A stretch of DNA of 64,000 bases from IMG/VR virus record IMGVR_UViG_3300031746_002572, one strand, 5' to 3'. Each line of letters opens with the position of its first letter. Positions within the stretch are counted from its first letter, which is position 1. The stretch comes from an uncultured virus (IMG/VR IMGVR_UViG_3300031746_002572) (taxonomy: Duplodnaviria > Heunggongvirae > Uroviricota > Caudoviricetes). The notes below the pieces were generated by a model, which was not told where the DNA came from, searched no databases, and saw only the letters and a list, made by a program, of their open reading frames with translations. A program made the translations under genes and the position numbers. Below, piece by piece: positions 48,633 through 57,955 of the stretch.

Positions 48633-49468
48633 ATATTCATGTGTTTACAGAAATTATAAATTGTGGTAAGATTGGTGCTATTACTATTAAGTCTTATTTA
48701 AAAAATAATAAAACAATACTACATATCTATGGAACAGAAGAAGATTATAATACTATATTTCTAACTAATCCTAAAATTATACCTCATATAGTTAATGATC
48801 AATATATTCTTGATGGTTATAAGAATAATCATCAGGGATTGCCTAGATTATGGACTAAAATTTTAATGGAATTACCTAGTAATGCTTATTTTATTCATTT
48901 TGATAGCGATGTATTATTTCGAGCACCTATTGTTGATGAATTAATTAAAAAAACTGCTGATTATGATCTCATAGGATGCCGTAGAAACCAAAAGAAAGGC
49001 CCTACGACGCTCGCTACGGCCTTATTCGGGTTTAATAAGACATTTCTTGGTAATTGGAATCAAAATCAATTAGAGGGTATGTGTGTTACCACAGACCCAT
49101 TAGGAATGCCTTGTTTAGACCATTTAGACCCTATTTCGTATGATATTCTGCGTAATGGAGGTAGGCCCTATTTTTTCGATTTTAATGAAGTCGGGGCTGT
49201 TAATGAGAATTATAGCCGTGAAAATTGTTTGGCTTACTTAAATCGTGAAATAGATGTGGGGACAAAGTTTGTTCATTTTGCTGCCGTAGGTTCTGGTATG
49301 GACGTATATTTAAACCGAGTTAAATTAGAAGAAGGATATGCTACTTATGCTAAAAAACGATATGCTCTTTTTTGTAAATTATTCTATAATGAAGATTTAG
49401 GAATTGATTTATCCGAATTTAAAAACGTTCTTGAAAATAAAGAATTATTTTTAAAGGAAATTCAATAG
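48629..49468 (+). CDS. Putative GT-A glycosyltransferase
   Basis: HFDSDV DxD motif; cluster context. Confidence 0.55.
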   Translation: MNIHVFTEIINCGKIGAITIKSYLKNNKTILHIYGTEEDYNTIFLTNPKIIPHIVNDQYILDGYKNNHQGLPRLWTKILMELPSNAYFIHFDSDVLFRAPIVDELIKKTADYDLIGCRRNQKKGPTTLATALFGFNKTFLGNWNQNQLEGMCVTTDPLGMPCLDHLDPISYDILRNGGRPYFFDFNEVGAVNENYSRENCLAYLNREIDVGTKFVHFAAVGSGMDVYLNRVKLEEGYATYAKKRYALFCKLFYNEDLGIDLSEFKNVLENKELFLKEIQ

Positions 49469-50001
49469 TGGATTATAGTATTGTTTGTGATAATTGTTGG
49501 GGTTGGGGTATATATGAAAAATTACAAAAACAATATAATTCTCCATTTGTAGCGGTGTTTATAGAAACACCTGACTATTTAAAACTACTTAAAAATTTTG
49601 ATTATTATATAAATAAAGAAATAGAAGTTATTAGTGATAGTAAAATTTTTTTAGGTGATATAGCGATATTAATAGCACATCCGCATCAAAAAGCCACGCA
49701 AGAACAGATTAAAGAAACATGGAATAGACGTAGAGATAGATTGCAAGCTAAAATTTTATTTAAAATGGGGGATTTATATAATATAAAGGGAGAGAAAATA
49801 ATACATGATAATTTTGGCGATATGATAAAAGAATTTCACGAATTATGTTTGCCATATAAAATTAGTTTTACTTATAAGAAATATGAATATAAAAATAATT
49901 TTCAAATAATGGAACAACATGCTTTTGATGCACGTAAATTAGGACATGATTATAATCTTTATTTTAATATGGAAAATATTCTAAATGAAACTTCAATTTA
50001 A
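49468..50001 (+). CDS. DUF1919-like protein
   Basis: SIVCDNCWG..IY..L...YNSPF, WNRRRDR. Confidence 0.75.
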   Translation: MDYSIVCDNCWGWGIYEKLQKQYNSPFVAVFIETPDYLKLLKNFDYYINKEIEVISDSKIFLGDIAILIAHPHQKATQEQIKETWNRRRDRLQAKILFKMGDLYNIKGEKIIHDNFGDMIKEFHELCLPYKISFTYKKYEYKNNFQIMEQHAFDARKLGHDYNLYFNMENILNETSI

Positions 50002-50698
50002 AGATGTCATTGGAAAACATAAAAATATACCCGCTGTGATTTGTGGGCATGGACCTTCTTTAAATTTTTATAAAAAAAAGTTTGTAGATTTACAGAATCA
50101 GGGATGGATTAGATACGATTGTAATGATTGGTTTAATTTTATGTCTATACCGCCTACTTATTGGCTCTTTGCAAGCACAGTAGATACGATTAAATCACAG
50201 CAGGATAAAATAACTGCATATAATTCCACGATTTTATACGCAGATAGCGTGGATTTAATGGATAGAGATAAAGTTGATAATATTTTAGTTAATACATTTT
50301 ATTTACCTTATGACCAACGTCATTTTAAAGGTATGCCTTGTGGTGAAAATATTATAGGATGTTGTAAACATATTATCCCTAATCGTCTGACCATTCAAGA
50401 AGAATTGGCTAAATATTCTAAAACTGATATTTTATATGGTGGTTATAATGCAGGTTGCCACATGATAGCATTTGCATTAGTAATGGGGTGTAATCCTATT
50501 TATGTAGCAGGTATTGAATTAGATTATAAATTTGGTTATGCAAGCACAATAGTACGACCTACGGGGTATGATTTATGTAGAGAAGGATGTTTAGAAGATT
50601 TTAAAAAATTTAATATGATTGCTACTGCTTTGGGTTCAAAGATATATCAATTAAATCCTAATTCTACATATAATGAATTTGAATTTATTAAATTATAA
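49985..50698 (+). CDS. Maf/DUF115-like protein
   Basis: VICGHGPSL, ALVMGCNPIYVAGIE. Confidence 0.7.
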   Translation: MKLQFKDVIGKHKNIPAVICGHGPSLNFYKKKFVDLQNQGWIRYDCNDWFNFMSIPPTYWLFASTVDTIKSQQDKITAYNSTILYADSVDLMDRDKVDNILVNTFYLPYDQRHFKGMPCGENIIGCCKHIIPNRLTIQEELAKYSKTDILYGGYNAGCHMIAFALVMGCNPIYVAGIELDYKFGYASTIVRPTGYDLCREGCLEDFKKFNMIATALGSKIYQLNPNSTYNEFEFIKL

Positions 50699-50710
50699 AA
50701 GGAGTAGTAT

Positions 50711-50965
50711 ATGAATGCATATAACAGAGATAACCAACCAAAGTATAGAAAAGATGTAGATTCTTTAAAAATCTCTATTTTGCTTTATATGTTAAAGAAA
50801 GGAAAAGCAACAATGGATAATATCTACACAGACCTTAAATGTGAAGATATAACTATGTATGTTGCTATTCACGAATTAATTAAAGAAAATAGAATATCTG
50901 GTGAAAGCCTTTATGAATCAGATAAACAAGATCATAGAGATTTCATATATAAAGTTAAATTATAA
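50711..50965 (+). CDS. Winged-helix-like small protein
   Basis: ILLYMLKKGKATMDNIY..L; SD AAGGAG. Confidence 0.5.
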   Translation: MNAYNRDNQPKYRKDVDSLKISILLYMLKKGKATMDNIYTDLKCEDITMYVAIHELIKENRISGESLYESDKQDHRDFIYKVKL

Positions 50966-50979
50966 ACGAAAGGATATTT

Positions 50980-51900
50980 ATGAAAAAAAGCATCCTTGTT
51001 ACCGGTGGTAATGGTTTACTCGCAAGTAATCTAAAAAATATAATGCCAGATGCAAAATATGTAGATATTGATAGTTATAATTTATGTTTTCAACGTGATG
51101 TGGAAAGAATATTTTATCACGATCATTTTCATACGGTTGTTCATTTAGCCGCAAGAGTAGGAGGCATAAAAGATAACATGGAAAAACCAGTGCAATTTTT
51201 AGAAGATAATATTTTAATGAATACCAATGTATTGCAAACGGCTTATGAATGCGGGGTTCAAAGATTTATTGGTATGGCTTCTACGTGTATATTTCCAGAT
51301 AATAGTCTTAATCCAGATTTTAAATATCCTTTGGTGGAGGAAAATTTAATTGAAGGAATGCCGGAAAAAACAAACATATATTATGCCTATGCAAAACGTT
51401 GTATGGCAATGCAAATAAATGCTTATAATGAACAATATAAAACAAAATATTGCTATTTGATTCCTGGTAATATGATAGGTATGGGCGACCATAGTAAGGG
51501 AAATAAAATGCACTTTGCTACAGCTCTTATCTATAAAATCGTACAGGCACAAAAAGAAGGCAAAAAAGAGATACGGCTATTCGGCACAGGAAAACCATTA
51601 AGACAGTTTGTAGATGCTATGGACGTGGCTAAAGTAATAAAAATAATGATAGATAGAGATATTATGAACAACTTTAATGTAGTTCCAAATGAAAATTTAT
51701 CTATTAACGAAATCGCGTTAAAAGCGTTAAAAGTTTGTGGTGCCGAAGATTTTAATATAATTTATGAGACAGGGCCAGATGGTATATATAGAAAAGACGC
51801 GAGTAATGAAAAACTTAAAAAATTTATTCCTGATTTTAAATTTACGCCTTTAGAAGAGAGTATAAAAAAAGTTTATGAATGGATAAAAAATAATGGCTGA
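50980..51900 (+). CDS. fcl: GDP-L-fucose synthase
   Basis: TGGNGL, HLAARVGGI, STCIFP, YAYAKR, GTGKPLRQF. Confidence 0.9.
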   Translation: MKKSILVTGGNGLLASNLKNIMPDAKYVDIDSYNLCFQRDVERIFYHDHFHTVVHLAARVGGIKDNMEKPVQFLEDNILMNTNVLQTAYECGVQRFIGMASTCIFPDNSLNPDFKYPLVEENLIEGMPEKTNIYYAYAKRCMAMQINAYNEQYKTKYCYLIPGNMIGMGDHSKGNKMHFATALIYKIVQAQKEGKKEIRLFGTGKPLRQFVDAMDVAKVIKIMIDRDIMNNFNVVPNENLSINEIALKALKVCGAEDFNIIYETGPDGIYRKDASNEKLKKFIPDFKFTPLEESIKKVYEWIKNNG

Positions 51901-52040
51901 AATAATAAGACAAGAAACTAAAATTTTTAGAGATTTAGAAACCGGTATTATTTTAAATATACAAGGCGAAATAGCAATAAAATTAACAACAGAAGAAAAT
52001 AATAATTTGATGAAAGCCGTTAATAAATGGAAAAAATTAG

Positions 52041-52952
52041 ATGAAGAAGAAAGTCGCTCATTATAAATTTACTGGTGTTTGCCATGCGCCGGATCAATTA
52101 GTAAAATGTATTAATAAATATAGCGATAGATTTGAAGCCATATTAGTTACTTGTTTACAGGGTTCTGTAGAAACAGATATACATGAATTAATTCCTATTC
52201 AACATATTATTGATTTTAGTAATTTTGACATTGTTCATTTTCATAATAAATATACCCCAACAAATAAACCCGCTTTAATTCAATATCATAGTCCTTCAAA
52301 TTATGTCGATTTAGATTTTAAAGGATTTAAAACCGTAATAGCTCAATATCAGGCTACGTTATGTGATTATAATGACTGTATGGTTGTTAGGAATATTATT
52401 GATTTTGAATCCAAAGAATATAATCAGATTTATGAAGATAATGAAAAAATAAGAATAGGTTTTGCTCCTACGACAAAATTAGAGAGAGGCGATAGGACAA
52501 ATGTAAGTAAAGGTTATATTGAAACCGAAGAAATATTACAAAAGATTTGTAGTAAATATAAGAATGTAGAATATGATTTAATGTATGAAATTCCATTTGA
52601 TGAATGTATTCGTAGAAAATCAAGATGTGATATAATTATAGATGAATGTGTAACAAAAAGTTATCATAGAAATGCGTTAGAAGGTTTGGCTTTAGGTAAA
52701 TTAACAATTTGTTCTTTAGGGTCAGACGTAAAAGATATTTTTAAAAAGATCAGCGGAAGTAGTTATGTTCCTTTGGTTAGTTTATGGATTGAAGAATTAA
52801 CGTATGGATTGGAAAAGATAATTAATAATGGAATTGATTATATTAAAGAACAGGGTAAACATAATAGGATTTGGATGGAAAAATACTGGCATCCTAAACA
52901 AATTGTTAATGAATTTGAATCTATATATATGCAGTTATTGAATATTAAATAA
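52041..52952 (+). CDS. GT-B glycosyltransferase (GT4-like)
   Basis: FAPT...KG, DIIIDE, ALEGLALGK. Confidence 0.7.
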   Translation: MKKKVAHYKFTGVCHAPDQLVKCINKYSDRFEAILVTCLQGSVETDIHELIPIQHIIDFSNFDIVHFHNKYTPTNKPALIQYHSPSNYVDLDFKGFKTVIAQYQATLCDYNDCMVVRNIIDFESKEYNQIYEDNEKIRIGFAPTTKLERGDRTNVSKGYIETEEILQKICSKYKNVEYDLMYEIPFDECIRRKSRCDIIIDECVTKSYHRNALEGLALGKLTICSLGSDVKDIFKKISGSSYVPLVSLWIEELTYGLEKIINNGIDYIKEQGKHNRIWMEKYWHPKQIVNEFESIYMQLLNIK

Positions 52953-53128
52953 GGAGAAAAAATGAAGAAGAAAGTTAATCTAAATAATATATGTAATAAA
53001 TCAGGAGAAAAAATAAAATATTGTTTTGAATGTAAAAAATGTATTTATAAGAATATAAGTAAAAGAGATAGAATATTAGTTAAAAAATTACAAAGTGATT
53101 GTGATGTTCAATATTAAAGGAAAATTAT

Positions 53129-53431
53129 ATGCCTCCGTATCCAGCAATACATGAGTGCCCTAACAAAACTTGGCGTATAGGCAAAGGTAAATGCAGGTTT
53201 AAATCAAAACAGGCCGCTATTGCGGCTTTTGAACAATGGATTAAATCAAAACAACAATGTGATTTTGAAATTTTCATGGAAACAAAAGAAGGAGAATCTT
53301 ACAAAGATAAAGAAATGATTTCATGTATAAATTGTGGAAAATTAATTTTATATTGTAATATACCAGAAATTGCTATGGGGGCTATTAAATGTCCGTATTG
53401 CAATAAAATTATAAATCAAGAAGGATTTTAA
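53129..53431 (+). CDS. Hypothetical Zn-ribbon protein
   Basis: CINC...CPYC. Confidence 0.6.
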   Translation: MPPYPAIHECPNKTWRIGKGKCRFKSKQAAIAAFEQWIKSKQQCDFEIFMETKEGESYKDKEMISCINCGKLILYCNIPEIAMGAIKCPYCNKIINQEGF

Positions 53432-54085
53432 ATGACGCATCAAGAATACGCGCTTAAAAATAAAAAAAGATTGATTGATTTTTTAATCGCAAAAGATATA
53501 GAAAAAATACATTTTATAGGAATAGACAGGTCTTTAACGGCGACAGGATTTGCTGTTGTGAATGCGGGAAAATGTATAAAATCATTTGAAATAGGATCAA
53601 AGGAATATGGAGATAATAGACTGTATGATATAGGTAAACAATATATTGTAAATATAATGTCTTATTCAAATAATTTTGTATGTATGGAAAATTATGCTTA
53701 TGGTATTAGTAATAGCCAATCATTAACCGGGTTAGGTGAACTTGGGGGAGTTTGTAAGGTTTTTTTTCGTATGAAAAATATAGATTATTTGTCTGTTGCT
53801 CCTACTTTGTTAAAGAAATATGTTTCTGGGTCTGGTATATCAAGTAAAACACAAATGATGATGTTTGTGTTGAAAAAATTTAAGATAGAACCTGTTTCGG
53901 ATAATACCGCTGACGCTATTGGGTTAGCTTATTTAATTTATAATACTATTAGATATGCCAAAGGCAATAAAAACTATACGCAAAAAGAGATCGAATGTTT
54001 TGATTCATTTTTATCATGTGAACCAAAGAAGAAAAATATAAAGAAAAGATTGTTGCAAAATGAATTAGACTTGATAGATGGCTAG
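53432..54085 (+). CDS. ruvC: RuvC-like Holliday junction resolvase
   Basis: IGIDRSLTATG, MENY, ELGGV, PTLLKK, DNTADA. Confidence 0.85.
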   Translation: MTHQEYALKNKKRLIDFLIAKDIEKIHFIGIDRSLTATGFAVVNAGKCIKSFEIGSKEYGDNRLYDIGKQYIVNIMSYSNNFVCMENYAYGISNSQSLTGLGELGGVCKVFFRMKNIDYLSVAPTLLKKYVSGSGISSKTQMMMFVLKKFKIEPVSDNTADAIGLAYLIYNTIRYAKGNKNYTQKEIECFDSFLSCEPKKKNIKKRLLQNELDLIDG

Positions 54086-54641
54086 AAGAAAAATGATAAA
54101 ATCACTATGGAATGTCGATCCTTGTGATTTAACAGAGAAAAATATAGTTTATTTATTACAACATCCAATAGTAAGCGCGGTTATTAATAAAACCGTAAAA
54201 AGTTTATATTTTCGTTATAAAGATTATTTTAAAGTAGATGAATTAAAATGCGCGGCTCGTGAAGGGGCATGGAAAGCTATTAAAACGCATGATCCTGGCC
54301 GTGGTGAACTTATACAACACATGAGTTATGTATGCCGCGCTTATGTGAACAGATATATAGAGACTGGGTTAAGACGTAATAAATACGAACAGAATTTTGG
54401 CGATAACGTATATTATGTTTATAATAATAGCGATGAAATCAGCGATGAAATTTTAAATTCGATTACTGTAAATAAGATTTTAGATCAAATGAAAAATAAA
54501 GACAGGAATTTATTGGAACGGCATTATTTAATGAATTATAAAATAAAGGATTCAATGACGATAAATAGGTTAAAATATAAATTATATAAAAAGAGATTGG
54601 AAAAGGCACTTCATCATGCAAGAGAAATTTCAGATAAATAA
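54078..54641 (+). CDS. Sigma-70 family sigma factor
   Basis: Region 2-like ELKCAAREGAWKAIKTHDPGRG; region 4-like C-terminus. Confidence 0.75.
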   Translation: MARRKMIKSLWNVDPCDLTEKNIVYLLQHPIVSAVINKTVKSLYFRYKDYFKVDELKCAAREGAWKAIKTHDPGRGELIQHMSYVCRAYVNRYIETGLRRNKYEQNFGDNVYYVYNNSDEISDEILNSITVNKILDQMKNKDRNLLERHYLMNYKIKDSMTINRLKYKLYKKRLEKALHHAREISDK

Positions 54642-55104
54642 ATCATATATTTTTGTAGATTGTGAATATATTTATACTTGCGCTGTGCATGAAGGTAAAA
54701 TACCTAATTACAAATTTATTTTAGATATACTTAATAAAGATCATCCTGCTTCAACAAAAATAGCTTATTTTGTCGGAGCAATGAGTCATAAAAAAGGTAT
54801 TGCTGATTATTTGATTAAAATTGGTTTTGAATATGTAAATGTATTGAATTTTATTAATGCTTCAAAAACTCAAATTATAAGTTCGGCAATGTCTGTGGAT
54901 GTGGCTAAATTATTATTTGCGATAACGTGTGAAAAATTTATTTTTATAAGCGGAGATGATTATATGCTTAATATCATAGATTTTTTAAATGAAAAAACAG
55001 ATAAAATATGCGTATATTATTTCCCTTTAATATTTAACAACGGATTAATTAATAAATGTCTTTTAACAAGATTGCCTGATTCATGTTTTATGTATTCAAA
55101 ATAA
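54616..55104 (+). CDS. NYN/LabA-like PIN-fold protein
   Basis: IFVDCEY, SGDDY. Confidence 0.6.
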   Translation: MQEKFQINKSYIFVDCEYIYTCAVHEGKIPNYKFILDILNKDHPASTKIAYFVGAMSHKKGIADYLIKIGFEYVNVLNFINASKTQIISSAMSVDVAKLLFAITCEKFIFISGDDYMLNIIDFLNEKTDKICVYYFPLIFNNGLINKCLLTRLPDSCFMYSK

Positions 55105-55123
55105 TTCAGGTAGAAAAAGACTA

Positions 55124-55645
55124 GTGCGTGCTCCCACGATTCGTAGAATTTTTATTGATAATAAAATAAGATTTTTATTATCAATAAATAAAAATCTTAC
55201 AGAACGGGATATTGGGGTCATATTAGGTGTTAAAGGTATTGTAAGAGAATATTTTTATTATACTGCCTTAGTTAATTCTATTAAAAAATATAAACCATTG
55301 AATCCAAAATTTAATATACCGTTAAGTCGTAATAGATTCACAAAAAAAAATAAAAAGATACGGAAACCATGTTATATATATAAAGATGAAAAAAACGATG
55401 CTACAAATAGACTAAAGAAAAAATTATGTTATATATTGACCCGTGAAAATCAAATGAAACCATATAAGGATATAGAATTAAAACAAATGCCGACATTACA
55501 CCACACAAATATAATATATTTAAGAAATATTACTAATATTCCCTGTACGCGGCAAAGAAAAAGAATTTATTTTCTTAGGGGTCGGATGATTTGGAAATCA
55601 AATAAAAAGCATGTAATTTGTAAGAAAAAAATAAAACTATTTTAG
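55124..55645 (+). CDS. Basic protein with a sigma-54 C-terminal (RpoN-box)-like segment
   Basis: ENQMKPYKDIEL...YLRNITNIPCTRQRK. Confidence 0.45.
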   Translation: MRAPTIRRIFIDNKIRFLLSINKNLTERDIGVILGVKGIVREYFYYTALVNSIKKYKPLNPKFNIPLSRNRFTKKNKKIRKPCYIYKDEKNDATNRLKKKLCYILTRENQMKPYKDIELKQMPTLHHTNIIYLRNITNIPCTRQRKRIYFLRGRMIWKSNKKHVICKKKIKLF

Positions 55646-55887
55646 ATCATATTTAACATTTTCGATATATCTACAGATGATTTAAATTTAAGCCTATATC
55701 CTTTTTTGCTTTTTTTAACTAAAAACGTGCCAATGTCTTCGAGTTCTAAATTTTCTTTATTTAATATATTTTTTCGTATAATACGTAAAAAATGTTCAAT
55801 AAGTTCTAATGAAGTAGAAAGATCAGGAATCCCTGTGTGGTCATCTAATAACTGTTGCGCCAGTTTTTTATTTATTTCATTGCCCAT
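55642..55887 (-). CDS. HU/IHF-like DNA-binding protein
   Basis: INKKLA...LELEDIGTFLV...LKFKSS. Confidence 0.7.
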   Translation of the reverse strand: MGNEINKKLAQQLLDDHTGIPDLSTSLELIEHFLRIIRKNILNKENLELEDIGTFLVKKSKKGYRLKFKSSVDISKMLNMI

Positions 55888-56066
55888 TTAATTCCTTTTT
55901 TAATAATAGCACTAAATAAATTATAAGTGTGTTCGGTAGTTAATTGTATTGTATTATTTTTTTCTTTTAATATAATATCGCCCGTTTTAGGATTTAAGTA
56001 GGCTATAGGACATTTTTTTTTCCCACAACACAAATGAATAAGACTATAATCTTTACCTATTGTCAT
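55872..56066 (-). CDS. Hypothetical protein
   Basis: Overlaps neighbours in an operon-like run. Confidence 0.55.
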   Translation of the reverse strand: MTIGKDYSLIHLCCGKKKCPIAYLNPKTGDIILKEKNNTIQLTTEHTYNLFSAIIKKGIKWAMK

Positions 56067-56425
56067 AATTTCTCCATTGTTTCGTCAAATTTTTTTTCTG
56101 ATCGTTTCATTATCTGTTCTATTGATAAATTTAATATAGAATCCATAATAATACAACAAAAATTTAAAACTAATGTGTTAATGAACCATTCTAAAAGAAT
56201 TTCGAACCCTTTTACATTCATTATAATAGGGCGAGAAAACAAACATACAATCATTGCAAATTTACCGATAAAACAAAATCTACAAAAGAAAAATTTATGC
56301 CAGAATTTACTTTTTTTATAAAGTTTGATTTGAAAAGAATCAAATATGTGTTGTCCTATAATATATTCTGTTATCATAGATATACAGATAGTATATATAA
56401 TTAAAGCCAAAAAATCAAAACTCAT
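56063..56425 (-). CDS. Membrane protein
   Basis: Hydrophobic segments, CRFC; SD AGGA. Confidence 0.55.
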   Translation of the reverse strand: MSFDFLALIIYTICISMITEYIIGQHIFDSFQIKLYKKSKFWHKFFFCRFCFIGKFAMIVCLFSRPIIMNVKGFEILLEWFINTLVLNFCCIIMDSILNLSIEQIMKRSEKKFDETMEKL

Positions 56426-56460
56426 TTAATTAAAAATATCCTATTTTAATTCTTCTATTC

Positions 56461-56494
56461 TGACTACTCCCACGACTAAAGTCGTGGGGTTCTA
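56461..56494. mobile_element. IS200/IS605-end-like hairpin remnant (may act as terminator)
   Basis: TGACTACT-CCCACGACT-AA-AGTCGTGGG-GTTC. Confidence 0.45.
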
Positions 56495-56744
56495 TTTTAT
56501 TTGGAAACTCAAAATTCATTTTAGCATCATAAATTTGTGCTTTTAATATTTTTGTTTTTCTCATTGCGAGTGTTCCTTCAAAATTTTATTACCGAGTTTT
56601 GCACTTTAGCCGGTTGTACGTTGGTCTGATTTTGAAGCCGCGCATTCATTGGACATTGATATTCCGCGCAATCATAATATTTCAATATTTTGCAAATATT
56701 GTTTTTTGTTAATTCTGGACAAAATTTTCGTAAGTCTTTAAAAT

Positions 56745-57287
56745 TTACTTCCATATTTTTCCTTTCTTTTGTGCCACTCTTAAAATTATTTCGGTATTAC
56801 CTTTATATCCTCGCTGATAATATAAGCAACCAACAGGGAAACCAAAAGCGAATCCATGTTGCTGTCCTCCACCCATGTATAATATTTCTTTCAGACCCCC
56901 GTACTGTTCTACCATTTGCATTATCTTATTGCTCTTTAATGCTTTAGCGACGGGAACAAAAAGAACGATATTATCCGCAACCATAAAACAATGCTCTAAA
57001 AAATTATCGTAAATAGAATATGGTGGGTTAGTCATTATCCAATCAACCTTTTTATTCCACTTAAAAAAATCTATTCCATCCTCTATTTCACAACGATATT
57101 TTGGCTGGTTGAATAAATCGAAAAAAACATTTTTACCTGCGGCTGGTTCTAAAATCGTTCCTTTTGGTTTATACCAACCATAAATAAATTTTGCAGTTTC
57201 TTTTTTTGTCATCACGCTATCTGATGCAGTAGCAACTCCGCTTTTATTTGCTTTTGTTGGTTTTCCTTTTCTGGCGCAAAAATTCAT
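56745..57287 (-). CDS. DNA adenine methyltransferase, cassette-borne
   Basis: ILEPAAG, DFF, TNPPYS. Confidence 0.85.
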   Translation of the reverse strand: MNFCARKGKPTKANKSGVATASDSVMTKKETAKFIYGWYKPKGTILEPAAGKNVFFDLFNQPKYRCEIEDGIDFFKWNKKVDWIMTNPPYSIYDNFLEHCFMVADNIVLFVPVAKALKSNKIMQMVEQYGGLKEILYMGGGQQHGFAFGFPVGCLYYQRGYKGNTEIILRVAQKKGKIWK

Positions 57288-57313
57288 ATTAAAAGTTCCT
57301 CAAATTTTATTTC

Positions 57314-57384
57314 TGCCAACGTATGATAAAGTAAGAAGTTGCGCTTCGCAATTTAGCCTTGCGCCTTACTTTGCTCTGTTGGTT
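57314..57384 (-). repeat. attC-like site
   Basis: - strand AACCAAC-AGAGCAAAGTAAG...CTTACTTT-ATCATAC-GTTGGCA. Confidence 0.85.
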
Positions 57385-57679
57385 GATGGCCTGCCGTTCC
57401 GATATTCGCGGGCGCATGTCCTTGTAAAAATTCCTCAATTGCTTCACGACATTGATTGCATACACTTCTTGCCCTTTCATTGTTCGCGCAATCAAGGGCA
57501 TTCCTTAATAATTCTCTTCCTCTTCTGCCTGATAATCTTTCATGCTCAAATACTTTTGTTGCTTCTTCGGCTTCTAAATTTGCAGCATCCCAAGCTAAAG
57601 ACGCAACCGTTAACCTATGGGCTACTTCTCTCTCAGGACATTCAAAAACCAAAGAGTCTAAATATTCTTTTTTTGTCAT
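57353..57679 (-). CDS. Cassette hypothetical protein ending HAPANIGTAGHQPTEQSKAQG
   Basis: ATG after AGGAG. Confidence 0.7.
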   Translation of the reverse strand: MTKKEYLDSLVFECPEREVAHRLTVASLAWDAANLEAEEATKVFEHERLSGRRGRELLRNALDCANNERARSVCNQCREAIEEFLQGHAPANIGTAGHQPTEQSKAQG

Positions 57680-57725
57680 TCTTCGATTCTCCTGCGCCCG
57701 CTCCGTAATTAGGCAGGCTTTCAAC

Positions 57726-57797
57726 CAACTAGTGATATGTTGTCATTCCCTTATTTAACACTTTATCAACAAACGGTTTAAATTTTTCAGATAATTT
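57726..57797 (-). repeat. 72-bp attI-like array head (inverted copy of 5662-5733)
   Basis: Exact reverse complement. Confidence 0.85.
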
Positions 57798-57950
57798 AAA
57801 ACCATCTCGAATCAATTGATTAATTACAGCATATCTAATGTATTTTGATCTTGTTCTACATTTAATTTTACTTGCCATAATAAGTGCTTTATCTGCCAAT
57901 TCAGGTTCAAGATAAATTTTGTAGTTTTTTCTTAATGAATTCGTATCCAT
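57729..57950 (-). CDS. Ribbon-helix-helix (CopG-like) protein whose 3' end is the array head
   Basis: YKIYLEPELADKA...TRSKYIRYAV; the G of its TAG is the G of the first GTT. Confidence 0.7.
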   Translation of the reverse strand: MDTNSLRKNYKIYLEPELADKALIMASKIKCRTRSKYIRYAVINQLIRDGFKLSEKFKPFVDKVLNKGMTTYH

Positions 57951-57955
57951 ATATC

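Larger units (their letters stand above)
56500..57797 (-). mobile_element. Integron-like cassette array C (short, inverted relative to array A)
   Basis: Same 72-bp head, same leader/trailer shell, and 90 bp (57328-57417) identical to 10883-10972. Confidence 0.8.
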
